Program-made: the position numbers and the translations under genes
The notes under the pieces: model-generated
What the model was told of the DNA's origin: nothing
Seen by the model: only the letters and a program-made list of their open reading frames with translations
Databases searched by the model: none
In this document: in pieces, positions 27,259-38,422 of the stretch
How the letters are laid out: each line of letters starts with the position of its first letter
Numbering within the stretch: the stretch's first letter is position 1
Source of the DNA: an uncultured Chromatiaceae bacterium
GTDB taxonomy: Bacteria > Pseudomonadota > Gammaproteobacteria > Chromatiales > Chromatiaceae
Length of the DNA stretch: 64,000 nt
Assembly: GCA_964395315.1 (NCBI GenBank)
Contig: CAYNBI010000003.1
Coordinates: 11,782-75,781 of the forward strand
Direction of reading: 5' to 3'

Positions 27259-27747
27259 ATGCGTTTGCTCGGATATCTGTTTCTCATCGGACTCGTCGCT
27301 TTTGGCGCCTGGCCCTACTACCACCTGTTCCGCCTCGACGATGCCCTCGGCAGGAACGACATGACCGCGCTGGCGGAGTTGGTGGACGTGCAGGCGATAC
27401 GCGGCAACTATAAATCGCGGATCGAGAAAGGCCTCGGGCTGGGGGCGCTGCCACGACCGGAGGATCCCGCGAGTGCCCTGACCTGGCTGCAGCAGAACCT
27501 ACAACGGCTCGGGGATTCGGCACTCGAGCAGACGATCACCCTCGAATGGGCGCGGGACACCCTGAAGGCATCCGCCGCTCAGGCCACTGACAAGCAGCCG
27601 CCGTACTTCCTCGCAGGCGTCGATTTCGCCTTTTTCGAGTCCTTCGGCAGCTTCATCATCCGCTTAGGGGAACTCGGGCTCAACGCGACTCACGTGCGCA
27701 TGCGCCTGGAAGGCACCCGCTGGCGGGTGACGGACATCATTCGCTGA
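27259..27747 (+). CDS. DUF2939-like protein (N-terminal TM anchor)
   Basis: MRLLGYLFLIGLVAFGAWPYYHLFRLDDAL. ATG at 27259; the track extension to 27010 is rejected. Confidence 0.55.
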   Translation: MRLLGYLFLIGLVAFGAWPYYHLFRLDDALGRNDMTALAELVDVQAIRGNYKSRIEKGLGLGALPRPEDPASALTWLQQNLQRLGDSALEQTITLEWARDTLKASAAQATDKQPPYFLAGVDFAFFESFGSFIIRLGELGLNATHVRMRLEGTRWRVTDIIR

Positions 27748-27788
27748 GCCAACGGTGATTCTCCGGATCCTTACGCCGGCGCCGAACC

Positions 27789-28520
27789 TCAGGCGGCGAT
27801 GGACAGGGTCTCCACCGTGCCGCGGTTCTTCTCGCGGAGCAGGATCTTGAAGGTATCGAGGGGATAGCCCATCTCGCCGATCAGGCGCTTGATGATGCCG
27901 AGCAAGACCTCCGGGTCCACGTCCGCCTCGGCGAAAATGGCATCGGCGATGGGCAGGGGGTCGTCCAGGCGGTCCGGTACCCGGGCGAAGAGCGGCTTGC
28001 CCCGGTAGCGAAAATCGCCCGGCTCATCCGCCAGGCGTGAGATCCGCTCCGGATCGCGGCCGTAGAGCTCCTGCAGCAGGGCCTCGTAAAACAGGGGCCA
28101 GGCCGAGGCGCTGGTGAAGGTCTGACCGCCGAGCATGAAACCGAACGGGGCCTTCTTGTCGAGATCTCCCGCTAGCGCCGACGCCTGAATGCCGGAGTGC
28201 GCACCGGCATCGGAAGGTGCCGGGCGCTCCTCCGGCGCATCGGCCAAGGGCGCCTCGGGCGGAACCTCGGCCCCGGTTCCCGGCCCCGAAACCGGATATT
28301 CCGCCAGCAGGGCAAGCATCTCCGTCATGGCCTGATCGAGCGCGCTGCGGCGCTCGTTGTAACGCTGCTTGAAGCGCACGCCCGCCTCCAGCGCGGCGGC
28401 ATCTTCATGGTCGATGTCCTGCCAAATGGCCCTGGACAGGTTCTCCAGCTGGGCGCGCATCTGCGCCATCCTTTCCTTGACGGTCTCCAAGGTGTCACCG
28501 ATTCGCACTTGTTCGCCCAT
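27789..28520 (-). CDS. Hypothetical protein (243 aa): N-terminal coiled coil, Pro/Ala linker, C-terminal globular domain
   Basis: ATG at 28520 is preceded by gaAGAGGtatctgca. Codon bias matches neighbouring genes. I recognise no motif. Confidence 0.6.
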   Translation of the reverse strand: MGEQVRIGDTLETVKERMAQMRAQLENLSRAIWQDIDHEDAAALEAGVRFKQRYNERRSALDQAMTEMLALLAEYPVSGPGTGAEVPPEAPLADAPEERPAPSDAGAHSGIQASALAGDLDKKAPFGFMLGGQTFTSASAWPLFYEALLQELYGRDPERISRLADEPGDFRYRGKPLFARVPDRLDDPLPIADAIFAEADVDPEVLLGIIKRLIGEMGYPLDTFKILLREKNRGTVETLSIAA

Positions 28521-28587
28521 TGCAGATACCTCTTCGCTCGGCGTCCAGATCCGCTCCCATGACCCTTCCCCGCCGCTTCTCATTGGG

Positions 28588-28629
28588 GAGACGCTGACTA
28601 TTGGCCATCCTGGCCAGAATCAGCACGCC
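28588..28629 (+). repeat. REP-like palindromic repeat, copy 1 (core TTGGCCATCCTGGCCA)
   Basis: gagacgctgactaTTGGCCATCCTGGCCAgaatcagca is nearly identical to 61999-62036. Confidence 0.7.
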
Positions 28630-28851
28630 ACCCACGGAGCGCGGTTCCCGGATCGCTACATTTCCAAGCGCTTATGCGCTTCGAAATGGCGCCACATCCA
28701 TCTGCCGCAGGAAGCGCTGAATTGATCAGCGCATTTCCTGGGAAAACGCTGACACAGTGCGCTTTCCATCCGGGCCATGGCTGACTCGGCATTTCCGACT
28801 GCTGCACGCCTTTTGAAAACGGCGCGATTCAGGAGTCGCGCCTCGCGAATC

Positions 28852-28888
28852 GCGAGCTGATCAACGCCAGGATGGCACTTGATCCGCA
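28852..28888 (-). repeat. Diverged inverted copy of the REP-like repeat
   Basis: The minus strand reads tcaagtGCCATCCTGGCgttgATCAGCtCGC. It matches copy 1 at 22 of 31 positions, including the 11-nt core. Confidence 0.45.
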
Positions 28889-29002
28889 CCTCCACTGAGA
28901 AATCGCGTGGCCCGTATTCATTATGTGAGCCGCCCCTGCGCCGAACCAATAAGTAGCCCCTATATAGGAATAAACTGGCTCTCGCCTCCTGCTCGCGCGA
29001 TG

Positions 29003-29368
29003 TCAGTCCCGGACCAGCTTTGCATGGTCCAGCAACAACAGCCGGCAGCTCGCGCAGTGCCAGGCCATGTTCACCGCGGGCCGCAGGGACATGCTGATGG
29101 TGTTGTCCAGGGTGGCACCCAGGTGGGAGAAGGTTCCGGGCTTCGCCCGCGATCGCGAGGACCAGATCGCCCCCTTTCCCAGCAGTGCCCAGCCCTGCTC
29201 CATGGGCGTCCGGCATGCGGGACAGCGGTAGTCGCGGCCGGCCCACAACCGGCCATCGTCCGCCACGCTCCGGTTCTTGCGCTGGAGGTGCCGCACCAGC
29301 CACAAGAATGCCAGCAGCCCCGCGATCGCCGTCGCGGCGCCGGCGAAGAGAAAAACGTCGAACGTCAT
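29003..29368 (-). CDS. Hypothetical membrane-anchored zinc-ribbon protein (121 aa)
   Basis: AAGGAacaacgccATG provides an SD. TM helix FLFAGAATAIAGLLAFLWLV. CPAC...CASC could bind metal with four Cys. Confidence 0.55.
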   Translation of the reverse strand: MTFDVFLFAGAATAIAGLLAFLWLVRHLQRKNRSVADDGRLWAGRDYRCPACRTPMEQGWALLGKGAIWSSRSRAKPGTFSHLGATLDNTISMSLRPAVNMAWHCASCRLLLLDHAKLVRD

Positions 29369-29484
29369 GGCGTTGTTCCTTGCATCGAAAACGGAGAACC
29401 TACACGAAGTAATCATGTTTGGGCCCTGAGATCGATGGTTGCTTGAATGCACCCACATCAAATCTGGCAAGGCGGTAACGGGAC

Positions 29485-31923
29485 ATGATCCAGAACTTCA
29501 CCCAGCTCAGCACCAAGAAGGTGCTGCAGACCCTGGAGATGGCGGTCGCCGAGCTTGCGGGCATGCGCCAGAACCAGCTCACGCCGGATTTCATCCTGCT
29601 TGCCCTGCTCTCGCAGCCCGACGCCGAGCCGATGCGGATCCTGGAGAACCTGCTCTCTCATCCCGACGAGGCGGCGGTGCGCATCAAGGCACACATCCGC
29701 CAGCACTACCAGCACGCGACCCCGGTCCAGGCGACCCAGGTCGTCGCGACCCAGGAGGTCGCCGAGGTGTTCCGGATCGCGTACGAGGAGGCCAAACAGC
29801 TCGGCGACAGCTACATCTCCACCGGCACCCTGTTCATCGCCCTCTTCGACCCCAAGACCGGCCACACGGCTGAGCTCCTGCGCGATGAGGGCATCAATCG
29901 AGAGCAGGCGCGCAAGGCCCTGCACGAGCTGCGCGGGGGTCGGACCGTCGCCACCGAGGATGCAGAGACCGAGCCGGACGTGCTCGAGCGCTATACCCGC
30001 GACCTGACGGAGATGGCCCGGCGCGGGGAGCTGGACCCGGTGATCGGACGCGAGGAGGAGATCGCCCAAGTCATCCAGACCCTGTCCCGGCGCAAGAAGA
30101 ACAACCCCGCCCTGATCGGCGAGGCGGGCGTCGGCAAGACCGTTATCGTCGAGGGACTGGCGCAGCGCATCGCCGACGCCGACGTGCCCGACACCCTGCT
30201 CAACAAGCGCCTGCTCTCGCTGGACATGGGCGAGATCGTGGCCGGGGCCAAGATGCGCGGCGAATTCGAGGAGCGGTTGAAATCGGTGCGCGACGAGGTG
30301 ATCAAGGCCAAGGGCCGGGTCATCCTCTTCATCGACGAGCTGCACACCGTGGTGGGCGCCGGCGCCGGTGCCGGCGGCATGGACGCACCGAGCCTGCTCA
30401 AGACGGCGTTGGCCCAGGGCACGCTGCAGGTCATCGGCGCCGACACCCTGGACGAGTACCACCGATTCGTGGAGTCCGACAAGGCCCTGGAGCGCCGATT
30501 CCACCCCATCCTGGTGCGCGAGCCGTCGGTCGAGGACACCATCAGGATCCTCATGGGTGTCGCCCCGCGTTACGAGCGTCATCACCAGATCCAGTACGCG
30601 CGAGACGCCCTGGAGGCGGCCGCACAGCTCTCGGAGCGTTACATCAGCGATCGCCGGCTCCCGGACAAGGCCGTGGACCTCGTCGACGAGGCCGGCTCCC
30701 ACAAGCACCTGCGACTGATCTCGATTCCGCGCGAGGTCAAGGAGCTCGAACGCGAGCGCCAGCGCCTGTTGCGCGAGAAGACGGCGGCCTTCAACGGGCA
30801 GGCCTTCGAGCAGGCCGCCCGCCTGCAGATGGAGATCCTGAAGCTCGAGGAGCGTCTGGGCGCAGCGCGTGCGGATTGGGAGTCCGCCCGCGGTAAGGAG
30901 GATAAGCTCGTGCACCCGGAGGACATCGCCCAGGTCGTCTCGCACTGGACCGGCATACCGGTGGCCCGCATGGTCGAGACCGAGGCGGACAAGCTCGCCC
31001 GCATGGAGGAGAACCTGCATAAGCGGATCGTCGGGCAGGAGGATGCGGTGCGCGCCGTCTCGGACGCAATTCGACGCAACCGGGCCGGCATTACCTCCGC
31101 ACGGCGGCCCATCGGCTCCTTCCTCTTCCTCGGCCCCACCGGTGTAGGGAAGACCGAGCTCGCCCGCGCCCTGGCTGCCTTCCTGCTCGACAACGAGTCG
31201 CGCATCATCCGCCTGGACATGTCTGAATACATGGAGCGCCACGAGGTATCGAAGATGATCGGCGCGCCCCCCGGTTACATCGGCTACGGCGAGGGCGGCC
31301 AGCTCACCGAACGGGTGCGGCGCAATCCCTACACGGTGGTGTTGCTCGACGAGATGGAGAAGGCCCACCCGGACGTCTTCAACATGCTGTTGCAGATCCT
31401 GGAGGACGGCCGCCTCACCGATGCCCAAGGGCGGACGGTCTCCTTTCGCAACACCATCCTGGTCGGCACCTCCAACCTGGGCACTGAGGCTCTCTCTCCG
31501 GAGAAGCGGCCGATCGGATTCATTCAGTCGGCAATGCCCAGCTACGCGGAGGCGAGGGACCTCGTCCTGCACGAGGTCAAGAAGTTCTTCAAGCCCGAGT
31601 TCCTCAACCGGCTCGATGACGTCATTGTCTTCCACTACCTCGAGCCCGCGCACGTTCGCGCGATCGCGGTGATGTTCGTCGATGCGCTGGTGCGGCGCCT
31701 CGCGCGCCGTGAAATCGAGGTGACCATCGATGACGCGGTGCTCGACAAGCTGGCCGCGGACGGTTTCGATCCGGTCTACGGGGCGCGCCCCTTGCGCCGG
31801 GAGGTCGAGCGCCAGCTGGAGAATCCGTTGGCGATGAAGATCGTGGCCGGGGCGTGCCAGGAGGGCAGCCGGGTCCTGGTGCGGGTTGCGGACGGGGAAA
31901 TCGCTTTCGAGATCAGGAAATAG
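29485..31923 (+). CDS. ClpC-type AAA+ unfoldase (Clp_N repeats, two AAA modules, short UVR-like middle motif, ClpP-docking IGF loop)
   Basis: GEAGVGKT and GPTGVGKT are the Walker A motifs, and LFIDELH and VLLDEMEKA the Walker B motifs. [18 protein letters not shown] is the UVR-like motif, and KRPIGF is the docking loop. The protein is 812 aa. Confidence 0.88.
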   Translation: MIQNFTQLSTKKVLQTLEMAVAELAGMRQNQLTPDFILLALLSQPDAEPMRILENLLSHPDEAAVRIKAHIRQHYQHATPVQATQVVATQEVAEVFRIAYEEAKQLGDSYISTGTLFIALFDPKTGHTAELLRDEGINREQARKALHELRGGRTVATEDAETEPDVLERYTRDLTEMARRGELDPVIGREEEIAQVIQTLSRRKKNNPALIGEAGVGKTVIVEGLAQRIADADVPDTLLNKRLLSLDMGEIVAGAKMRGEFEERLKSVRDEVIKAKGRVILFIDELHTVVGAGAGAGGMDAPSLLKTALAQGTLQVIGADTLDEYHRFVESDKALERRFHPILVREPSVEDTIRILMGVAPRYERHHQIQYARDALEAAAQLSERYISDRRLPDKAVDLVDEAGSHKHLRLISIPREVKELERERQRLLREKTAAFNGQAFEQAARLQMEILKLEERLGAARADWESARGKEDKLVHPEDIAQVVSHWTGIPVARMVETEADKLARMEENLHKRIVGQEDAVRAVSDAIRRNRAGITSARRPIGSFLFLGPTGVGKTELARALAAFLLDNESRIIRLDMSEYMERHEVSKMIGAPPGYIGYGEGGQLTERVRRNPYTVVLLDEMEKAHPDVFNMLLQILEDGRLTDAQGRTVSFRNTILVGTSNLGTEALSPEKRPIGFIQSAMPSYAEARDLVLHEVKKFFKPEFLNRLDDVIVFHYLEPAHVRAIAVMFVDALVRRLARREIEVTIDDAVLDKLAADGFDPVYGARPLRREVERQLENPLAMKIVAGACQEGSRVLVRVADGEIAFEIRK

Positions 31924-32188
31924 GCACGGTTTCCCAGGTTCATGTCGCCCGTCCGAGCCCGAGCTGGACAAGCCGTCTATCCGGCTTTCAGGTATCCGTA
32001 CGCAACGAGCTCACCGGACCCTCTCCTAGCCACGATTCGGCCGAGAGGGCGATTGCTTACTCCCAAGAGCCGACAGTCGCCCGGATTCCCGTGACCCAGG
32101 GTCGGCCCGCGGCGTACCATGCAGACCTGTGGCGCGCCGCCGAGCCATCCGTCTTTCTTGTCGAACGCCGCACAGCGAGATTCGAGTC

Positions 32189-33688
<1,500 letters not shown>

Positions 33689-33730
33689 GCGCACCGCGCG
33701 CAGTGACGAGAGGACAGAGAGGAACAGAGC

Positions 33731-34615
33731 ATGAGCAAGATCGCCTTCATTGGCCTGGGCATCATGGGACGCCCGATGGCCGGACACCTCCAGGCCGGCG
33801 GACATCAGCTGTACCTGGTCAGGCACCGCTCGCCGCTGCCCGCCGAGCTGCTCGAAGGCGGGGCAGTCGTCTGCGCGTCCTGCGATGAGGCCGCGCGCCA
33901 GGCCGAGGTCGTCATCACCATGCTGCCGGATACGCCCGATGTAAAGCAGGTGCTGTTCGGCTCGGGAGGCGTCGCGGAGGGCCTGGCCCCCGGCAAGCTC
34001 GTGATCGACATGAGCTCGATTTCGCCGATCGAGACCAGGGGCTTCGCCGCGCGCGTCCGGAAGCAAGGCTGCGACTACCTCGACGCCCCAGTGTCCGGCG
34101 GCGAAGTTGGCGCCAAAGCGGCAACCCTGACCATCATGGTCGGCGGGACCGAGGCGGCCTTCGCGCTGGCGAGGCCTCTGCTGGAGTTGATGGGGAAGAA
34201 CATCACCCTCGTCGGTGACAGCGGCGCCGGCCAGACCTGCAAGGTGGCCAATCAGATCGTCGTGGCGCTGACCATCGAGGCGGTGGGCGAGGCGCTCCTG
34301 TTCGCCTCCAAGGCCGGCGTCGACCCGGGCCGGGTGCGGCAGGCCCTGATGGGCGGATTCGCGGGATCGAAGATCCTCGAGGTCCACGGGGAGCGCATGA
34401 TCAAGCGGACCTTCGACCCCGGATTTCGCATGGCCCTGCACCAGAAGGATCTCGGCCTCGCCCTGTCCGGCGCCCGTGCGCTCGGGCTCAGCCTGCCCAA
34501 CACGGCGGCCACGCAGGAGCTGTTCAACGCCTGCTCCGCCCACGACTGGGGCGATCTGGATCACTCGGCTCTGGTGAAGGCGCTCGAGGCGTTAGGAAAC
34601 CACGAGGTGGCTTAG
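33731..34615 (+). CDS. NAD(P)-dependent 3-hydroxyisobutyrate / tartronate-semialdehyde reductase family (MmsB/GarR)
   Basis: FIGLGIMGRPMA, DAPVSGGEVGA and KVANQIVVAL, with a DHSALVKALE tail resembling E. coli GarR. It lies downstream of mmsA. Confidence 0.88.
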   Translation: MSKIAFIGLGIMGRPMAGHLQAGGHQLYLVRHRSPLPAELLEGGAVVCASCDEAARQAEVVITMLPDTPDVKQVLFGSGGVAEGLAPGKLVIDMSSISPIETRGFAARVRKQGCDYLDAPVSGGEVGAKAATLTIMVGGTEAAFALARPLLELMGKNITLVGDSGAGQTCKVANQIVVALTIEAVGEALLFASKAGVDPGRVRQALMGGFAGSKILEVHGERMIKRTFDPGFRMALHQKDLGLALSGARALGLSLPNTAATQELFNACSAHDWGDLDHSALVKALEALGNHEVA

Positions 34616-34628
34616 CGCCAGATCGATC

Positions 34629-34646
34629 GGAATACCCAGGTATTCC
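34629..34646 (+). terminator. Hairpin 14 nt after the mmsB/garR stop
   Basis: ggaatacc-ca-ggtattcc, with no U-tract. Confidence 0.25.
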
Positions 34647-34725
34647 CGTACGCGTGCGGCCGGAGCGATGGGTTGGTATTCGCCCGGCTCTCCTGAAGGC
34701 CCCGTGTCCCGGCGCTGGCTATGGG

Positions 34726-35937
34726 TCAATCTTCCGCTTGGCTTGCGCTCTGATTGCGTCGAATCAACGCAAAGATTTCGTCCACGCCCACCGGCCTTCC
34801 GAGCGCATAGCCTTGCCCCATCATGCAGCCAAGGTCGCCGAGCAGGACCTTCTGCTCCTGTGTCTCGATGCCCTCTGCGATCACGGACAACTGCATGGAG
34901 CTCGCAAGGGCGATGATGCCGCGCACCACTGCCTCGCTGCGGTCCAAATGGCCCAGTTTGTGGACGAAGGACTGGTCGATCTTGATGGTGTCGACGTCCA
35001 GCGCCAGGAGCTGCGACAGGCTTGAGTATCCGGTCCCGAAGTCATCCAGCGCAACGCCGAATCCATGCCTTCTGGCGGCGCCGATCCAGGATGTGGCGTT
35101 GTCCTTGTCGATCACCTGACTCTCGGTCAATTCAAGCGTCAGTAAGGCGGGATTAACGCCAAAGTGTCCCGCCAATTCCTGCGCTCGATCGAGGTAGCGG
35201 GTATCGGCCAAGTGCCGCGGCGAGACATTGATGCAGACGAACGCGTGCGCGGCCTCTCCGATGACACCATTGATCAACTTGATATCCGCCAGCCCGCGTT
35301 TCAGGACGAACGCGTCTACCTCATTGATCAGGTTTGTTTCTTCTGCCAGGGAGATGAAGATGTTCGGCGGGACGATGCCGTAGCGAGGGTGCTGCCAGCG
35401 CAACAGTGCCTCGAACCCCATGAAGTGGCCGACTCTGAGGTCGATGATCGGCTGATAGACGACGGTCAATTCTCCGTCTGCAACCGCACTGCGCAGGTCC
35501 GCTTCCATCCGGAACTTGTCCATGACCAAGTCGCTTGATGAATCGTTGTCGACGAGGTCGTCCCACACCGAGTTGCCTGAACTGTACTTCAACGCATTCA
35601 ACGAGCAGCGGTAACGCTTCGCGATCAGGCGCATCAGCATGTGCAGAACCGGATCTGCCTGCTTCAATCGCTGCTGGAGCTGCTCACGTTGAATGACGCG
35701 CAGAGTCGCGTCCTCGATGACGACCGCGGTAGCGCTGCGCGGGGCATCGTCGATGATCGCCATCTCGCCGATGATGTCGCCCGGCCCCAGATGCCTTAAG
35801 ACCAATCGCTCGTCCCTGACGCTGGTCGATACCTCGAGGGTTCCCGACTCGATGAGATAGGCGCAATCTCCCGGGTCTCCCTCGCGAAACAAAAGGCTGC
35901 CGGCCTGATGACACTCGGTCGTGCCGTAGGTTTTCAT
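34726..35937 (-). CDS. Cyclic-nucleotide-binding domain fused to an EAL c-di-GMP phosphodiesterase
   Basis: The cNMP fold is shown by FREGDPGDCAYLIESG...GEMAI...RSATAV. The EAL catalytic set is intact: EALLRW, NVSPR, ELTES, DDFGTGYSS, KIDQSF, EGIET, QGY. Confidence 0.85.
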   Translation of the reverse strand: MKTYGTTECHQAGSLLFREGDPGDCAYLIESGTLEVSTSVRDERLVLRHLGPGDIIGEMAIIDDAPRSATAVVIEDATLRVIQREQLQQRLKQADPVLHMLMRLIAKRYRCSLNALKYSSGNSVWDDLVDNDSSSDLVMDKFRMEADLRSAVADGELTVVYQPIIDLRVGHFMGFEALLRWQHPRYGIVPPNIFISLAEETNLINEVDAFVLKRGLADIKLINGVIGEAAHAFVCINVSPRHLADTRYLDRAQELAGHFGVNPALLTLELTESQVIDKDNATSWIGAARRHGFGVALDDFGTGYSSLSQLLALDVDTIKIDQSFVHKLGHLDRSEAVVRGIIALASSMQLSVIAEGIETQEQKVLLGDLGCMMGQGYALGRPVGVDEIFALIRRNQSASQAED

Positions 35938-36221
35938 AAGTGTCGAAGAGTCCCGATCGCGATCGTATTACTTATTGGCGCTTCGAGAGATGCTGAATGG
36001 CGGCTCTTCCGACCATCACCCGCGACGCGCTTCCAGCCGAGCGGGAAACACCGATCTACGTGCGTTAGAAGCCCCACTGAGAGCAACAACCGCACGACCC
36101 CACGCTACCAGACGGCGAAAGGGGTGATCAAAATCGCGGATCCCACTTGGGTCGATTATTGCACATTCATCGGCGCAAGAAACGGCGCATCGTTTCCCTT
36201 CCGGTCTTCTCCACGGGTGGT

Positions 36222-37406
36222 TCATTGCCCGCCGGCCGCAAGAAAACGGCTGATCCTGTGAACCCCTTCCTGCAACGCATCCATGCCAGTGGTATAGGCG
36301 ATGCGCAGATGGAGCTCGGGGGCATTGCTCCCGAAATCGCGCCCCGGCGTCACCGCCACCGCTTCCTGCTCCAGCAGCGAGGCAGCGAACCTGTCGCTGT
36401 CGGTGTTGAATCCGTCGCATCGAGCATAAAGGTAAAAGGCGCCTTGCGGGACGACGCCAAAGCGAAAGCCCAGCCCAGCCAGCGCCGGGAGCAGAAAGTC
36501 CCGCCGGCGCTGAAACTCGCAACGTCGTTCCTCCAATATCGACAGGGTTTGCGGAGCAAACGCCGCCAATGCGGCATATTGGGAGAGGGTCGGGGCGGCG
36601 AGATAAAGGTTCTGGGCCAGGCGGTCTAGGGTATCGGCCGTCGTCATCGGAGCCACGACCCAACCCAAACGCCAGCCGGTCATGCCGAAGTACTTGGAGA
36701 AGCTGTTGACGACGAACAGCGCCTCCTCCCCCGCGGCCAAGGCGGTGTGATCGGCCACATCGTAAACCAGTCCCTGGTAGATCTCGTCGACGATGAGACT
36801 CGCGCCGCGCTCGCGCACGAAGCCGTAGAGGCGCGCAAGCGCTTCGGCGTCCAGCAGGGTTCCCGTCGGATTGGAGGGGCTCGCCACCATGACCACCCGC
36901 GCCCCCGGCGGCCACGCCGATGCCAACCTTTCGGCGGTGAGTTGGTAACCGCTATCCGGGCCGACCGGCACCGCGTGCACGACCCCGCCGAGGAGGCGAA
37001 CCAACTGGCGGTTGCACGGATAACCGGGATCGGCCATCACTACCCCGTCGCCCGGATCGAGGAGCCCGGCGAGCAATAACTGCAAACCGCCGGACGCCCC
37101 TGGGGTTATGAGTATTCGCGCCGGATCGACCGGAATGCCGTAACGCTGCCGGTAATGGCCAGACACCGCGTCCCGCAGCTCGGGCAGGCCGCGCGCCGGG
37201 GTGTAGCGCGTCCGGCCCTCATCGAGGGCCCGACGACCGGCGTCCAGAATCGGCTGCGCGGTTGGAAAATCCGGCTCCCCGATCTCCATGTGCACCACAT
37301 TCCTGCCGGCGGCCTCCATCGCCCGGGCGCGCGCCAGAAGCCGCATGACGTGGAAGGGCTCGACGTCGCCCGCCCGGCGCGCCAGCCCGCTCACGCGTTC
37401 AATCAT
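36222..37406 (-). CDS. PLP-dependent class I/II aminotransferase
   Basis: MEIGEPDF, NPTG and SFSKYFGMTGWRLGW (PLP lysine). The ATG at 37406 overlaps the upstream stop by 8 nt; the track start at 37550 is rejected. Confidence 0.88.
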   Translation of the reverse strand: MIERVSGLARRAGDVEPFHVMRLLARARAMEAAGRNVVHMEIGEPDFPTAQPILDAGRRALDEGRTRYTPARGLPELRDAVSGHYRQRYGIPVDPARILITPGASGGLQLLLAGLLDPGDGVVMADPGYPCNRQLVRLLGGVVHAVPVGPDSGYQLTAERLASAWPPGARVVMVASPSNPTGTLLDAEALARLYGFVRERGASLIVDEIYQGLVYDVADHTALAAGEEALFVVNSFSKYFGMTGWRLGWVVAPMTTADTLDRLAQNLYLAAPTLSQYAALAAFAPQTLSILEERRCEFQRRRDFLLPALAGLGFRFGVVPQGAFYLYARCDGFNTDSDRFAASLLEQEAVAVTPGRDFGSNAPELHLRIAYTTGMDALQEGVHRISRFLAAGGQ

Positions 37407-38178
37407 CGGCGAAGGCCCGCCGATGCATGGCATCCAGGGCCGCGAGATCGATGAAGTCCCCTTTCTCCAGCACGCCGGCGATGACGGATGAGGGCTCACC
37501 GGGACCTCCCAGCCGGTCGACGACCAGGGCCGCGCGTGAAAAATCCTCATCCCTGGTGTAGGAGCTCACGGTCACCAGCAGCGCCTTCAGTCCCGCCCCC
37601 AGGGCGGAGCGGACCCCGTTGTTGGAGTCCTCCACCGCGACGCACTCCTGCGCTGTCAGGCGCATCTGCTCCAGTGCGAGAAGAAAGATATCCGGCGCCG
37701 GTTTCTTCGCTGCGACGACATCACCCGCCGCGATGACGTCGAACCAGGCGGACAGCCCCGCTTCGCCACTGTACTCGAGCAGGGCCGTCACGTTCTCCGG
37801 AGTCGTTGTGGTGGCGATCGCCAGGCGCACGCCTGCATCGCGCGCCTGTCGCAGCAGGCGCATGACCCCTGGCCGCAGCGGGATGGCGCCCCTTCGCAGC
37901 ATGGCGAGGTAGTGCGCCGTCTTGCGCCGGTGGAGATCCGCGATGAAGCCGTCGAGATCGCTGACCGCAGGAAGATCCGGCCGCCAGCGATCAATGTAGA
38001 AGCGGATACGCTCCTTACCCCCCGTGACCGCCAGCAGCTCGCCGTATAGATCAGGGGACCATTCCCAATCCAAACCGGCCTCCGCGAAGGCCCGATTGAA
38101 GGCCGGCCTGTGACCGTCGCGCTCGGTGTCCGCCAGGGTGCCGTCGACGTCGAATATCAGTGCCTTGAATCCACGCAT
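37399..38178 (-). CDS. HAD-superfamily phosphatase, CbbY-like
   Basis: LIFDVDGTLADTE...GGKERI...LAIATTT...GDVVAAKKPAPDIF...EDSNNG resembles CbbY from recall. Confidence 0.8.
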   Translation of the reverse strand: MRGFKALIFDVDGTLADTERDGHRPAFNRAFAEAGLDWEWSPDLYGELLAVTGGKERIRFYIDRWRPDLPAVSDLDGFIADLHRRKTAHYLAMLRRGAIPLRPGVMRLLRQARDAGVRLAIATTTTPENVTALLEYSGEAGLSAWFDVIAAGDVVAAKKPAPDIFLLALEQMRLTAQECVAVEDSNNGVRSALGAGLKALLVTVSSYTRDEDFSRAALVVDRLGGPGEPSSVIAGVLEKGDFIDLAALDAMHRRAFADD

Positions 38179-38295
38179 CGGTGCTGCGTCCCGTCACTCG
38201 GTGACCAGTATCTGCGAAGGCTAAACCACCCTGAAGGCGAATGCATTCCCGATCCCGCATTGGCGCGTGGACATCGGCCCGTGCTCGCAAAATAG

Positions 38296-38324
38296 TTGCC
38301 GCCGGATAGGCCTTTTGGTATTAA
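38296..38324 (+). promoter_or_regulatory. Candidate sigma-70 promoter for dksA
   Basis: TTGCCG-N17-TATTAA lies about 100 nt upstream of the dksA ATG. Confidence 0.35.
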
Positions 38325-38422
38325 ATGCCCCTTTTTAGGATAAGGGCGAGCGGCCACCAAGCCACATTTCACGCGGCAGCGGGGGCGTTCGGGCCAGAAA
38401 ACGGCATTCTCGGGGGGTTGTT

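Noticed and set aside
28656-29303. A 215-aa minus-strand ORF whose tail (...YGPRDFSVEVRIKCHPGVDQLAIREARLLNRAVFKRR...FEAHKRLEM) covers the orphan region.
   Set aside because: Its upstream half overlaps the better-supported Zn-ribbon gene in another frame. There is no ATG or SD at a sensible position, and I could not place the tail in any family. It might be a gene remnant, and blastx would decide.
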